Shown here one piece after another: positions 1 through 9,640 of a DNA stretch of 64,000 bases; the first letter of the stretch is position 1, and each line of letters opens with the position of its first letter. The translations under genes and the position numbers were made by a program. Source of the DNA: Candidatus Calditenuis fumarioli (lineage in GTDB: Archaea; Thermoproteota; Nitrososphaeria_A; Caldarchaeales; Calditenuaceae); the NCBI GenBank assembly GCA_030059665.1, contig JANVYR010000001.1, forward strand, positions 793,046-857,045, given 5' to 3'. The notes below the pieces were generated by a model. The model was not told where the DNA came from. It ran no database searches and saw only the letters and a program-made list of their open reading frames with translations.

Positions 1-726
1 CCTGCGGTCGTCACAAGGTACTATCCGCCCCTCCGCGGGTTCGGAAGGCTCAAGGGCATCAGGGTGGTAAGGATCGCCACGCATCCGGCATTGTGGGGCC
101 GGGGCCTGGGGTCATATGCGGTCCAGAGGCTCGTCGAGGAGGCAAGGGAGATGGGGATGGACTGGGTGGGTTCGGGCTTCGGTGCCACCCCACAGCTCCT
201 CAGGTTCTGGCTCAGGAACGGCTTCCTTCCCATAGCGATAGGGCCGTACAGGAACAGGGTCTCGGGCGAGTTCAGCGTCCTGGTCGTTCGACCCTTGACC
301 GAGGAGGCAACGACGTTCGTGACGGAGCTCAGCAGGGAGTTCAGGTTGAGGCTCGTGACCGGCCTCTCGGATCCGTACTTCGACCTGGACCTCGAGACCG
401 CCTGGCTCCTCCTCAGGAACGGATTGGGCCGAAGGGAGAGGGCCGAGCTGAGGGGGTTCCAGAGGGAGAGGCTGGAGAACTACCTGCGCGGGTACCTCAA
501 CTACGAGGGCGCAGCGGACGGGGTAAGGGCCCTTGCGGAGGCCCACTTCCTCACGGCGAGCGACCAGAGGCTCGAGCTGAGCGAGCTGGAGGAGAAGCTG
601 TTGCTGGCCAAGACCCTCCAGGGTAGGCGCTGGGACCAGGTCTCCGCACTGCTGAGGGTCAAGGCGCGCGAGCTGATGGAGCTGATGCGCGACGTGACCA
701 GTAGGCTTTACGGGCACTACGCTTGA
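1..726 (+). CDS. tmcA: tRNA(Met) cytidine acetyltransferase TmcA/Nat10 family, C-terminal part (5'-truncated by window)
   Basis: Frame open from base 1; GNAT motif RIATHPALWGRGLGS, GSGFGATPQLLRFWLRNGF and a C-terminal helical domain typical of TmcA. Confidence 0.8.
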   Translation, partial: PAVVTRYYPPLRGFGRLKGIRVVRIATHPALWGRGLGSYAVQRLVEEAREMGMDWVGSGFGATPQLLRFWLRNGFLPIAIGPYRNRVSGEFSVLVVRPLTEEATTFVTELSREFRLRLVTGLSDPYFDLDLETAWLLLRNGLGRRERAELRGFQRERLENYLRGYLNYEGAADGVRALAEAHFLTASDQRLELSELEEKLLLAKTLQGRRWDQVSALLRVKARELMELMRDVTSRLYGHYA

Positions 727-777
727 CGATCGCGTGATCCGAAACGGCGTCGTGGACCGGGCTAGGACTGAGACGTC

Positions 778-1332
778 CTAAAGCGGCTCGGGCACGAACT
801 CGTCTATCCTCAGGGCTCTGATCCCCGACTGCCCGCTCCGCTCCTCCGGGCTTCGTTTCACGTCCCCGACCCTGTAAACGTAGAAGGTGTGATATCGGTA
901 GCTCGTGTCGGACCAGATCCTCAGGACCTCCCTTGGCGTCCATCCCCTGATCTTGTAACCGTGGGTGATCACGACCGCGTCGCGTCCCGCGGTCAGAAGC
1001 GCCGGCTTCAGGACCTCCAAAGCTTCGGTGGTGAGGTACGCGTAGACGAAGTCCACGCCGTTGAGGTCGACGTACCGGGCGTCCCCCTCCACGAAGGCGA
1101 CGTTCCTCAGACCCATCGACCTGCTGATCCTCAAGGAGTGCTCGACGAGCCTACCGTTGACCTCGACGCCCACAGCTCTCGCGCCGAAGTGCCTGGCCGC
1201 AGCTATCGGCACTCTGCCGTCACCGCTCCCCAGATCGACGAGGACCCTGTCCCTCTCGAGGCCTGCCTCGCCGAGGGCCTTTACGACGACGTCCAGAGGG
1301 GACGGAACGAAGGGGTTCAGCCTCCGTCCCAT
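778..1332 (-). CDS. Class I SAM-dependent methyltransferase
   Basis: PFVPSP..VV and LVDLGSGDGRV motif I; GVEVN motif II; substrate unknown. Confidence 0.8.
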   Translation of the reverse strand: MGRRLNPFVPSPLDVVVKALGEAGLERDRVLVDLGSGDGRVPIAAARHFGARAVGVEVNGRLVEHSLRISRSMGLRNVAFVEGDARYVDLNGVDFVYAYLTTEALEVLKPALLTAGRDAVVITHGYKIRGWTPREVLRIWSDTSYRYHTFYVYRVGDVKRSPEERSGQSGIRALRIDEFVPEPL

Positions 1333-1399
1333 TCCCGCAGGTCACCGTCGGCACCACGGTAAAAAGCTCAGACGAGACGACCGGCAGAGAAGCGGTCCC

Positions 1400-2062
1400 T
1401 CAGGGGTTGCGCCTGAGCAGCGGTGTGATCGTGACGTACCTCCGGATGGAGGGCAGAGCCCTCAGGACCGCGCCGTAGACGGCCATAGCCGGGATGACGC
1501 TGACGAAGACGTGGATCGCGTTGAAGACGCCGTTGAGCGTGGTCATCAAGAGCGCCAACGTGAGCTCTCCCTGAACCGAGATACCGACGCGCTGAAGGGC
1601 CCTGCTCCCGAAGGGGAGGTAGACGTTGGGGAGGAGCACGTAGTACAGCAGGAAGGTGACGAGCGACATGACCAGCGTCCTCGAGGCGACCGCGCCGACC
1701 AGACCCCACCAGATCGATCCCCTGCTCAACCGGATCCCGAGGAAGAGGCCGAGGAGCGTCGAGAGGACCGCGATCAGCTTCATCGTCTCGCCCACCCCGG
1801 GCACCAGGGCACCTCCGTTCACGATCAGCCCGTACCAGTGAGCAAGGGATGTGACCAGTCCCCCAATCGGCCCGAAGATCAGGAAGGAGAGGACGTCGAA
1901 TATCTCGGCCGCGTCGAACCTGAGGAACGGCAGCAACGGGAACGGTGTGCTAAGCCTCGCTATCCCCGCAGCTATCGCAGCACCTCCCAGCGAAGCAACA
2001 CCGGCTGTCCAGAGCGACCTTGGCATGCGGTCGCTTCCGGCCATCTCACGCCAACTTTCCAA
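1400..2062 (-). CDS. ECF transporter S component (PanT/RibU-like)
   Basis: About 6 hydrophobic segments; PFLRFDAAEIFDVLSFLIFGP resembles the F-LK-D-S-vP-l-G---GP signature. Confidence 0.7.
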   Translation of the reverse strand: MESWREMAGSDRMPRSLWTAGVASLGGAAIAAGIARLSTPFPLLPFLRFDAAEIFDVLSFLIFGPIGGLVTSLAHWYGLIVNGGALVPGVGETMKLIAVLSTLLGLFLGIRLSRGSIWWGLVGAVASRTLVMSLVTFLLYYVLLPNVYLPFGSRALQRVGISVQGELTLALLMTTLNGVFNAIHVFVSVIPAMAVYGAVLRALPSIRRYVTITPLLRRNP

Positions 2063-2099
2063 ATGACGTATTTAGGACTTGTCAATGACTTGGCTGAAT

Positions 2100-2117
2100 T
2101 GTGGTTTGAAAATCACA
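2100..2117. promoter_or_regulatory. Imperfect inverted repeat, candidate operator upstream of the first S-component gene
   Basis: TGTGGTTT-GA-AAATCACA (7/8 arms) in an AT-rich spacer. Confidence 0.35.
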
Positions 2118-2138
2118 TTTCTGCTAAGTTGTGGACGC

Positions 2139-2429
2139 TCATTTCGTGAATTGTGTTGCTATTTTCAGCAAGTCATCTAACTCCTTCTGGTGCCTGAGGG
2201 CGACGACGCGGGACCTTCCGACCTCGTGGACCGTGACTATCCCCGCCTTCCGGAGCGTGGCCACGTGACGGTAGATCGCGCTGTAGCGGACCTTGAGCGC
2301 CCTGGACAGGGCCTTGATGTGAAGTGGTCTGTCCGTCTCGGCGATGAGCTTGATGATCCGGAGCCTGGTCCTGTTTCCGAGCGCTCCTAGGACGTCCGCC
2401 ACCCTGTCGATCAGCTCGTTCTCCAGCAC
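2139..2429 (-). CDS. ArsR/SmtB family winged-HTH transcriptional regulator
   Basis: LGALGNRTRLRII...LSRALKVRYSAIYRHVATLRKAGIV..VGRSR. Confidence 0.85.
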   Translation of the reverse strand: MLENELIDRVADVLGALGNRTRLRIIKLIAETDRPLHIKALSRALKVRYSAIYRHVATLRKAGIVTVHEVGRSRVVALRHQKELDDLLKIATQFTK

Positions 2430-2496
2430 ACCTTAACACTTCGAAGGCATCTATTAATCCAATTCCGAGCAAACTTCCGGTCGACGGCGGCTGAAT

Positions 2497-2512
2497 TACT
2501 CAGATCTGAGTA
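2497..2512. promoter_or_regulatory. Perfect 16-bp palindrome between the divergent ArsR and S-component genes, candidate operator
   Basis: TACTCAGATCTGAGTA, about 15 bp upstream of a TTTAAAA TATA-like box. Confidence 0.5.
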
Positions 2513-2552
2513 GGTACGCAGAGTTGTTTAAAACCCCAGAGGGCCGGGGGGT

Positions 2553-3167
2553 GTGGACACCAAGGAGCTCGCTGCCGGGACCTCGACCGCGGCGATCTCC
2601 GCGGCCATGGCGCTGCTTCCCCTGAGCTTCTCATACCCCCCGATACCCTACCTGAAGTTCGATCTGGCCGAGGTGCCGGTGTTCCTGGCGCTGCTGGGCT
2701 TCGGGCCGACCGCGGGCTTCCTCTCGGCGACGGTCTACCTCTTCGCGCTCCTGCTGATGGGGCAGTTCTCGCCGCTGGGGCCGTTGATGAAGTACGCCGC
2801 AGTGGTCTCGACCTTCCTCGGCATCTGGGCCGGCCTGAGGCTCATCGGCAGGTCCGGGCCCCGGGCTAAGCTCGTCCTCTCGGGGACGCTCGGCGCCGCC
2901 CTCAGGATAGCGGTGATGACCGCGCTCAACTACCTGGTGCTTGTGGTCTTCTTCCCCGATTTCCTGGGGTTCGCGGTCGGCGCGCTCTCCGCCTTCATGG
3001 GGACCAAGCTGGATCCGGGGACGGTCGGCCTGCTGCTGGTGCTGGCGCACACCGCCCTTTACAACGCACTCCACACCGTGATGAGCCTCGCGCTCTCGGT
3101 GGCGGTGCTGAAAGGCGTGATGGCCGCAGGGGCACCCAGGCCCGGCTGGAGGCCCTGGATCGTCTGA
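2553..3167 (+). CDS. ECF transporter S component (PanT/RibU-like)
   Basis: PIPYLKFDLAEVPVFLALLGFGP signature; about 6 TM segments. Confidence 0.75.
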   Translation: MDTKELAAGTSTAAISAAMALLPLSFSYPPIPYLKFDLAEVPVFLALLGFGPTAGFLSATVYLFALLLMGQFSPLGPLMKYAAVVSTFLGIWAGLRLIGRSGPRAKLVLSGTLGAALRIAVMTALNYLVLVVFFPDFLGFAVGALSAFMGTKLDPGTVGLLLVLAHTALYNALHTVMSLALSVAVLKGVMAAGAPRPGWRPWIV

Positions 3168-3175
3168 CGGACAGA

Positions 3176-4441
3176 TCACTCGTAACGCAGCGCCTTCACC
3201 GGATCGAGCCTCCCCGCCCTCCACGCGGGATAGATGCCGGCTAGCACGCTGATCATCAGAGCGAACCCAAAGGCCATGAGGGTCATCTCCGGCGATATCA
3301 CCGGGGTTATCTGCAGTGACGTCTGAGAGGCTCCTCCGAAAGGAGGGCCACCGAACCCGCCTGCGCCCCTTACGGGCCCGCCAGCAGGGACCCTTGGCGC
3401 AAAGGACGTCAGCACCGACGGGAGCAGGTAGGAGCCCACAGAGCCAATCGCGATCCCCAAAAGGCCTCCGAAGACCCCGATCAGGAAAGCCTCGGTCAGG
3501 AATATCATCAGGACCTCCCTGTCCCTGTAGCCGAAGGCCTTCATCACGCCGATCTCCTTGGTCCGTTCGACCACCGAGATGACCATGATGTTGGTGATGC
3601 CGAGCCCGGCGACCGCCAGCGAGATGGCCGCCACGGAGGCCAGCAGCAACCCGAACGAGGCGATGATCCCGCTCACCGTCTCCGACAGCGCCTGGACCGA
3701 AACGATCCTGGCGTTGTTGCCGTACATGACCGTCAGCTGGTCCACAAGGTCCTGGACGTAGTCCACCGAGCTGGCCCTGACCAGTATCAGGTTGTAGTCC
3801 CTCCTGTTGGTGAGCGTCTTGACCGCGTCGAGCGGTAAGAAGACCGAGCCGTCGATGGAGACGAACGCGGAGGCGCCGTACCTGTCAAGCACACCGCTGA
3901 CTATGACTGTGATCCTTCGGGAGAAGGTCTGGAACCTCTGCTCGAGGATTAGGGGCTGGTTGACGAAGACCTGCCTGTTGCCTCCCGCGCTGGGCGGGAA
4001 CGTCACGTCGTACCCTGCCAGACCGATGGGCGCGGTGGTGGGCGGATACGGCTGCCCCTCGATCAGCTTCAGTTCGCCCAGCAGCAAGGGGAGCTGTTCT
4101 GGCCTGACCCCGATCACTGTGAGCTCCACGTCCTGACCGGAGACGGTCATGTAGGCCCTCGTCGAAACCATTGGGATCACGGCCTCCACGTTCGGGAGCG
4201 ACGAGATCATTGCCACGTCAGCGTCTGTCAGCTGCGTCCTCCCGAAGGGCGTGATGACGATGCTCGTGGGGCCAAGAGTCTGGAGCGACCTGACAACCGA
4301 TTGCTGGACGCCAGCGGTCTGGGAGGTGAGCGCTATGACCGAGGCGACGCCTATGGCTATCGCGAGCATCAGCAGGAATACCCGCAGCCTCTTCTCGCGC
4401 CAGTGCCTCAGGCTCAGGAAGAAAACGTCGCTCGCCCTCAT
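3176..4441 (-). CDS. MacB/FtsX-family ABC transporter permease
   Basis: LLMLAIAIGVASVIAL TM1, large extracellular loop, GITNIMVISVVERTKEIGVMKAFG, YPAWRAGRLDPVKALRYE. Confidence 0.9.
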   Translation of the reverse strand: MRASDVFFLSLRHWREKRLRVFLLMLAIAIGVASVIALTSQTAGVQQSVVRSLQTLGPTSIVITPFGRTQLTDADVAMISSLPNVEAVIPMVSTRAYMTVSGQDVELTVIGVRPEQLPLLLGELKLIEGQPYPPTTAPIGLAGYDVTFPPSAGGNRQVFVNQPLILEQRFQTFSRRITVIVSGVLDRYGASAFVSIDGSVFLPLDAVKTLTNRRDYNLILVRASSVDYVQDLVDQLTVMYGNNARIVSVQALSETVSGIIASFGLLLASVAAISLAVAGLGITNIMVISVVERTKEIGVMKAFGYRDREVLMIFLTEAFLIGVFGGLLGIAIGSVGSYLLPSVLTSFAPRVPAGGPVRGAGGFGGPPFGGASQTSLQITPVISPEMTLMAFGFALMISVLAGIYPAWRAGRLDPVKALRYE

Positions 4442-6390
4442 CGCCTGAACCTCCTCCCCACGAAGAGGCCAACTCCTAACCCAACCACCGCCGTGATGAC
4501 CGGCAGGATCAGTCCCTGCGTTTGGACTTGCTGTGTTGCCTGTGCGGTCTGGCGCGCTCCACCTCCGAACCGACCACCGAACTGCCCTGCCGACTGGCCT
4601 CCGCCGATCGGCACGGTGACCGACAGCCTCTCCGTGTGCTGCTCGCCCATCTCGTCCCTGTATGCCACCAGCAGCGGTATCTGGACGGGCCCTGGCCTGG
4701 TCGCGTTCGGAGCCACGAATGTGAAGGTCACCGAGGTCGGAGTGTTGACCGCGACGTCTCCGAGGAAGGTCCTCGACTGTCCGAAGGACCTGACCTCAGA
4801 GCCACGATCGACGCTGACCGATGTAGCGATCGCCCTCGCGGTTCCCGTGTTCACCAGAACGAGGGTGACGGAGAAGGTCTGTCCCGGAGCCGGTCTCTCG
4901 GGCAGCACGGTGTAGTCCACGATCTCGAACTTCCTGATCCCCTTCACGAGGACGCCCAGCTGCCTCTGCTCAGACTTCTGGACGTTGTCGGGCCCGTAGT
5001 ACCTCACTCCCACGTTAAGTGTCAGCGATGTCGGCGCGTCGCTGGGGACGAAGAGGCCCACCGAGAACCTCCTCTCCTCGTTCGGCTGGAGGGATTCGAC
5101 AGAGAGGACCGCATCGGAGATCCAGGTGGCCGTGCCAGACTGGAGCAGCTCGACCGTCAGCGCGTTCAGGACGGATCCTCCCACGTTCCTGACGACCAGG
5201 GTCACGTTGTTCACCATTCCCGAGTAGATCACCGTCGGCGATACCCTCACGTCGAGGGGCGACAACAGCTCCCTAGGCTTCGCGGAGACGAAGAACGTGA
5301 TCGACCTGGTCTCGGTCCTGAGCTGGTTGGCGTCGTCGAGGTAGCTGAGCGTCAGGGTGACCGGAACAGACGGGGCGGTCGTCTCGGCGAGGTAGAGCCT
5401 CAACGGGATCGCTACGCTCTCACCGATTTCTATCGAGTCGATGTGGAACCTCCCGTCGGATCCGATCATGATTATCGGGAGACCCACCGAGACCAGCACG
5501 GTCAGGTCCCTCACCGAGGACGTACCTGTGTTGGATAGCCTCAGGGTTACGTCGTTGACCTGCTGCATCACGAGCTCCGAGGCCGACGCCTCCACTAGCA
5601 GGTTGGGGACCTTCGGGTAATCCGCAACGAAATCGACCGTTTTCGTCACGGTCTTCTGGTTCAGGTATGGATCGAGGTAGCTCACGGATAGCGCCAGCGA
5701 GATCGACGCTCCTGCGAGGTTCGGAGGGATGTAAATCCTTACCCTCACTTTCGCAGCCTTACCCGCCTCCAGGTCGCCCAAATCTATCGTTCTGTCGAGC
5801 ACGCTGATCTGCTGCTGGGAGGACACCTCGAGTCGCAAGTTGCGGGCCGTGCCGGTGCCAGCGTTCTGGACCGACAGCTCCACGGTGTTCTGCGTTCCTG
5901 CAACCACTGACGATCTCGATGCGATCACCCTCAGGTCGGTCGTCCCGAGAACCCTTACCGGCAGCGAGACGGTTCCGGAGAACGTGGTGTCGTCGGACCT
6001 CGTGCCGGTGATCAGCGCCTGGACCTGATAGGTGCCTAGCTGCAGGGCTTCTGCCAGGTTGAGCCTGAAGGTTACTGTCACCGACTGACCGGGCTGCATC
6101 GCCGGAATGTAGACTGACGGTCTGGGATCTCCATTTGCGGATTCGAACCCGTCCGGTAGGAGGAGGGTTACGGTGCCGTAACGCAGCTGGATCTTCCCCG
6201 TGTGGAGGAGCGTGATCGTCAGAGGGGCCCCAAAACTTCCAGGTCCCACCTCGACGGGCGACCCTCCCTCGGACCATCTCACGTCGGTCACGGCGATGTC
6301 CCCGACCTCCTGCGGAAAGGCCGGGATTGGAGCAAGAGCGACTACACCTAGGATGACCAGGGCCGCAAGGACGAACGCAGCGCCCCTCAA
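4438..6390 (-). CDS. COG1361-like membrane-anchored protein with tandem Ig-like (CARDB-type) domains
   Basis: Signal peptide; repeated V-N-G...A-NL/V-V motifs; Gly/Gln-rich linker, C-terminal TM and RRFRR tail; lies between ABC ATPase and permease. Confidence 0.75.
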   Translation of the reverse strand: MRGAAFVLAALVILGVVALAPIPAFPQEVGDIAVTDVRWSEGGSPVEVGPGSFGAPLTITLLHTGKIQLRYGTVTLLLPDGFESANGDPRPSVYIPAMQPGQSVTVTFRLNLAEALQLGTYQVQALITGTRSDDTTFSGTVSLPVRVLGTTDLRVIASRSSVVAGTQNTVELSVQNAGTGTARNLRLEVSSQQQISVLDRTIDLGDLEAGKAAKVRVRIYIPPNLAGASISLALSVSYLDPYLNQKTVTKTVDFVADYPKVPNLLVEASASELVMQQVNDVTLRLSNTGTSSVRDLTVLVSVGLPIIMIGSDGRFHIDSIEIGESVAIPLRLYLAETTAPSVPVTLTLSYLDDANQLRTETRSITFFVSAKPRELLSPLDVRVSPTVIYSGMVNNVTLVVRNVGGSVLNALTVELLQSGTATWISDAVLSVESLQPNEERRFSVGLFVPSDAPTSLTLNVGVRYYGPDNVQKSEQRQLGVLVKGIRKFEIVDYTVLPERPAPGQTFSVTLVLVNTGTARAIATSVSVDRGSEVRSFGQSRTFLGDVAVNTPTSVTFTFVAPNATRPGPVQIPLLVAYRDEMGEQHTERLSVTVPIGGGQSAGQFGGRFGGGARQTAQATQQVQTQGLILPVITAVVGLGVGLFVGRRFRR

Positions 6391-7067
6391 TTCCTCCTCA
6401 CCTCGCTCTCCACCCTGCCATCCCTCATCCGGACGATCCTGTCTGCGTACTCCGCGATCTCGAGGTTGTGCGTCACCAGCAGTATCGTCTTCCCCTCGCG
6501 CTTGTTGATTTCCCGCAGGAGCTCGACGACGTTCTTCGCGTTGGCGGAGTCGAGGTTCCCCGTCGGCTCGTCGGCCAGTATCACCGAGGGGTTGTTGACA
6601 AGGGCCCTCGCGATGGCGACCCTCTGCTGCTCCCCTCCCGAGAGCTCCGTAGGTTTCTTCGAGGCCTTGTTCTCCATTCCCAACCTGGCCAGCATCTCGA
6701 GCGCCCTCCGCCTCCGCTCGGATCTGGGGACGCCGGCGGCGATCAGCGGTAGCTCCACGTTCTCCAGTGCCGTCAGGTGCGACAGAAGGTTGAAGGTCTG
6801 GAAGACGAATCCCAGTTCCTTCCGCCTGAGCTCGTTAAGTCCTGACCTGCCGAGCGAGGTGTAGGAGGTGCCGTTGAGGACTATGTCGCCCTTCGTGGGG
6901 AGGTCCAGCGCACCAACTAGGTTCAGCAGCGTCGTCTTCCCCGAGCCGGACGGCCCAACGACCGCCACGAACTCGCCGTCCTCGATCCTCAGGGTTACGC
7001 CCCTCAGCGCCGGATATTCGACGCTCCCGGTCCTGTAGACCTTCCAGACGTCGATCAGTTCCAGCAT
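6387..7067 (-). CDS. ABC transporter ATP-binding protein (LolD/MacB-like)
   Basis: GPSGSGKTT, LSGGEQQRVAIARAL, ILADEPTGNLD, VTH. Confidence 0.95.
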   Translation of the reverse strand: MLELIDVWKVYRTGSVEYPALRGVTLRIEDGEFVAVVGPSGSGKTTLLNLVGALDLPTKGDIVLNGTSYTSLGRSGLNELRRKELGFVFQTFNLLSHLTALENVELPLIAAGVPRSERRRRALEMLARLGMENKASKKPTELSGGEQQRVAIARALVNNPSVILADEPTGNLDSANAKNVVELLREINKREGKTILLVTHNLEIAEYADRIVRMRDGRVESEVRRN

Positions 7068-7223
7068 TTCGCGATGCTTCTTGAAAACGTTGATTTAAGC
7101 GAGATGGACGAATCGTCTAAGGGAGCTAGTGCGAACCCGCAGGCGGCCTGAGGGTTTTGCAACTCCACCGGCGACATTGGTTTAAGGGTAGGGAACCCGC
7201 AATCACCCCTGAGGCGCTCGGAT

Positions 7224-8939
7224 TTGGAGGTAATTGACTGTGATGTGGTCGTGGTCGGCTCAGGCCTCGCGGGGCTGAGGGCCGCGATAGAGGCCGCCCG
7301 CGTCGGCGGTCCCAAGCTCAGGGTCGCGGTCGTGACCAAGACGCAGCCGATGAGGTCCCACAGCGTCTCCGCCGAGGGAGGGACGGCCGCGGTGCTTTAC
7401 CCGGAGGAGGGGGACTCCTTCGAGTCGCACATGTGGGACACCGTGAAGGGCAGCGACTTCCTGGCGGACCAGGACGCGGTCGAGCTCTTCGTCAGAGAGG
7501 CTCCCAAGGAGATAATCCAGCTGGAGCACTGGGGGATGCCCTGGGCCAGGAGGGAGGACGGCAAGATAGCGCAGCGCTACTTCGGAGGCCAGTCCTATCC
7601 GAGGGCCTGCTTCGCGGAGGACAGGGTGGGCTTCTTCGAGATGAGCACGCTCTACACCACGTGCCTCAGGCACGACAACATCGAGTTCTACGACGAGCGC
7701 TGCGCGACCGCAATCGTCCACGAGGACGGAGGCAGGTTCGCGGGGGTGGTGGCCTACGACATCAAAAGCGGTGACCTCGAGTACTTCAGGGCCAAAGCGG
7801 GGATCATCGCCACCGGCGGTGCCGGGAGGCTGTACCCATTCGCCTCGTTCGGTCACAGCTCCACGCCAGACGGTCTCGCGATGGCCTTCAGGGCCGGCAT
7901 ACCTCTGAAGGACATGGAGTTCGTGCAGTTCCACCCTACGGGCCTCGTTCCATCGGGGATCCTCATCACGGAGGCCTCGAGGGGTGAGGGGGGAATTCTC
8001 CGCAACTCCAAGGGCGAGCGGTTCATGGAGCGCTACGCTCCGAAGATGAAGGACCTCGCACCGAGGGACATCGTCTCCAGGTCCATCATGACCGAGATCC
8101 GGGAGGGGAGGGGCTTCAAGGACGAGGAGAGCGGGTACGAGTACGTCCTGCTGGACCTGACCGTGATAGAGCCGGAGAAGATCGTGAAGAGGCTGACCAG
8201 CATCAGGGAGATCTGCCTGAAAATGAGGGGGATCGACCCGATCAGCGAGCCGATACCCGTGAGGCCCGTCGCCCACTACTACATGGGAGGGATAGACGTC
8301 AACATCAGCGGTGCGACCGAGATGCCGGGGCTATGGGCCGCCGGCGAGGCCGCCTGCGTCAGCATCAACGGCGCCAACCGGCTCGGCTCCAACTCAACCA
8401 CCGAGTGCCTCGTTTGGGGGAGGATAACGGGCGCTGAGGCGGCGAGGTTCGCGATGAGCCACGACGACCCGGACCCCACAATGGCGACCCTGCAGCAGGA
8501 GGAGAAGAGGATCTACGACGTCCTCCTCGGGCCGGCTCCGAGGGTGGACCCCTACGACGTCAAGGCGGAGCTCCAGAAAACGATGGAGGAGCACTTCCAC
8601 GTCTTCAGGGAGAAGGGATCGATGGAGGAGGGCCTCAGGAAGATCAGGAAGCTCAGGTCCGAGTTCGAGATGGGCGTGGTCGACAAGAGCAGGAGGTACA
8701 ACACGAACCTCGTCCACGTGCTGGAGGTAGATGCGATGCTGGCAGTCTCGGAGCTGATCGGTGCGGCCGCGCTTCACAGGACCGAGAGCAGGGGAGCACA
8801 CTACCGCGTTGATGCGCCGAAGAGGGACGACGCAAGCTGGCTCAAGCACATACTGCTGAGGAAAACGGCCGAGGGCTTCGCCTTCGACTACAAGCCCGTC
8901 GTCATCACGAAGTACCAGCCGCAGGAGAGGGTCTACTGA
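7224..8939 (+). CDS. sdhA: Succinate dehydrogenase/fumarate reductase flavoprotein subunit
   Basis: GSGLAGL FAD motif, RSHSVSAEGG covalent-FAD His, QFHPTG, LAPRDIVSR, HYYMGG, GANRLGSNS, RTESRGAHYR, C-terminal ERVY. Confidence 0.93.
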   Translation: MEVIDCDVVVVGSGLAGLRAAIEAARVGGPKLRVAVVTKTQPMRSHSVSAEGGTAAVLYPEEGDSFESHMWDTVKGSDFLADQDAVELFVREAPKEIIQLEHWGMPWARREDGKIAQRYFGGQSYPRACFAEDRVGFFEMSTLYTTCLRHDNIEFYDERCATAIVHEDGGRFAGVVAYDIKSGDLEYFRAKAGIIATGGAGRLYPFASFGHSSTPDGLAMAFRAGIPLKDMEFVQFHPTGLVPSGILITEASRGEGGILRNSKGERFMERYAPKMKDLAPRDIVSRSIMTEIREGRGFKDEESGYEYVLLDLTVIEPEKIVKRLTSIREICLKMRGIDPISEPIPVRPVAHYYMGGIDVNISGATEMPGLWAAGEAACVSINGANRLGSNSTTECLVWGRITGAEAARFAMSHDDPDPTMATLQQEEKRIYDVLLGPAPRVDPYDVKAELQKTMEEHFHVFREKGSMEEGLRKIRKLRSEFEMGVVDKSRRYNTNLVHVLEVDAMLAVSELIGAAALHRTESRGAHYRVDAPKRDDASWLKHILLRKTAEGFAFDYKPVVITKYQPQERVY

Positions 8940-9016
8940 ATAGCTGCGCCGGCGAGGTAGCGCCTTCCCGCTTCGCGTGAACTCATATACTTCTAACCAT
9001 CGGTGGTGCGGGGCAC

Positions 9017-9640
9017 ATGTTCTCGGAGCTGACGAGGTGGGCGCTCGAGTTCGCCAGGAACCACCTCCTCCATTACGGCCCCCTGGGTCTCGCGGTCCTC
9101 TCCTTCTCCGAGGCCGTCTTCTTTCCCGTCCCTCCGGACGTCCTGCTGATACCTCTCGTGCTCATCGACCCAGCCAACGGTCCCCTCTACGGGCTGATCA
9201 CGGTGGCCTTCTCGGTCGCCGGAGGGCTCTTCGGATACCTGCTGGGAAGGAAGGTGGGGAGGCCCCTGCTGGTCAGGTTGGTGGGAGAGAGTAGGTTGGT
9301 GCCCCTCGAGAGGTACTTCCAGCGTTACGGCGTGATGGCCGTCGGCCTCGCGGCCTTCACCCCCCTTCCCTACAAGGCCTTCACGGTCGGCGCAGGAGCG
9401 CTCGGACTCAGGGACTTGCGCGGATTCACGGTCGCGTCGCTTTTGGGCAGGGCTGGAAGGTTCGTTCCCGAGTCGGTAGTCCTCTCAGTCTACGGCGATC
9501 GGGTGATGGAGCTGCTGCTGACGTACATCGACGCCATCGGATATGCGACGCTCGTTGCGGCCGCGGTCTACCTCGCCTTCACTCTGCTTCGCCGGAGAGC
9601 TCGCGCTCGAGCGCCTTCATCTCCTCATCGACCATCTTAG
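9017..9640 (+). CDS. DedA/YqaA (VTT domain) membrane protein
   Basis: SFSEAVFFPVPPDVLLIP, FTPLPYKAFTVGAG, GRAGRF. Confidence 0.85.
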   Translation: MFSELTRWALEFARNHLLHYGPLGLAVLSFSEAVFFPVPPDVLLIPLVLIDPANGPLYGLITVAFSVAGGLFGYLLGRKVGRPLLVRLVGESRLVPLERYFQRYGVMAVGLAAFTPLPYKAFTVGAGALGLRDLRGFTVASLLGRAGRFVPESVVLSVYGDRVMELLLTYIDAIGYATLVAAAVYLAFTLLRRRARARAPSSPHRPS

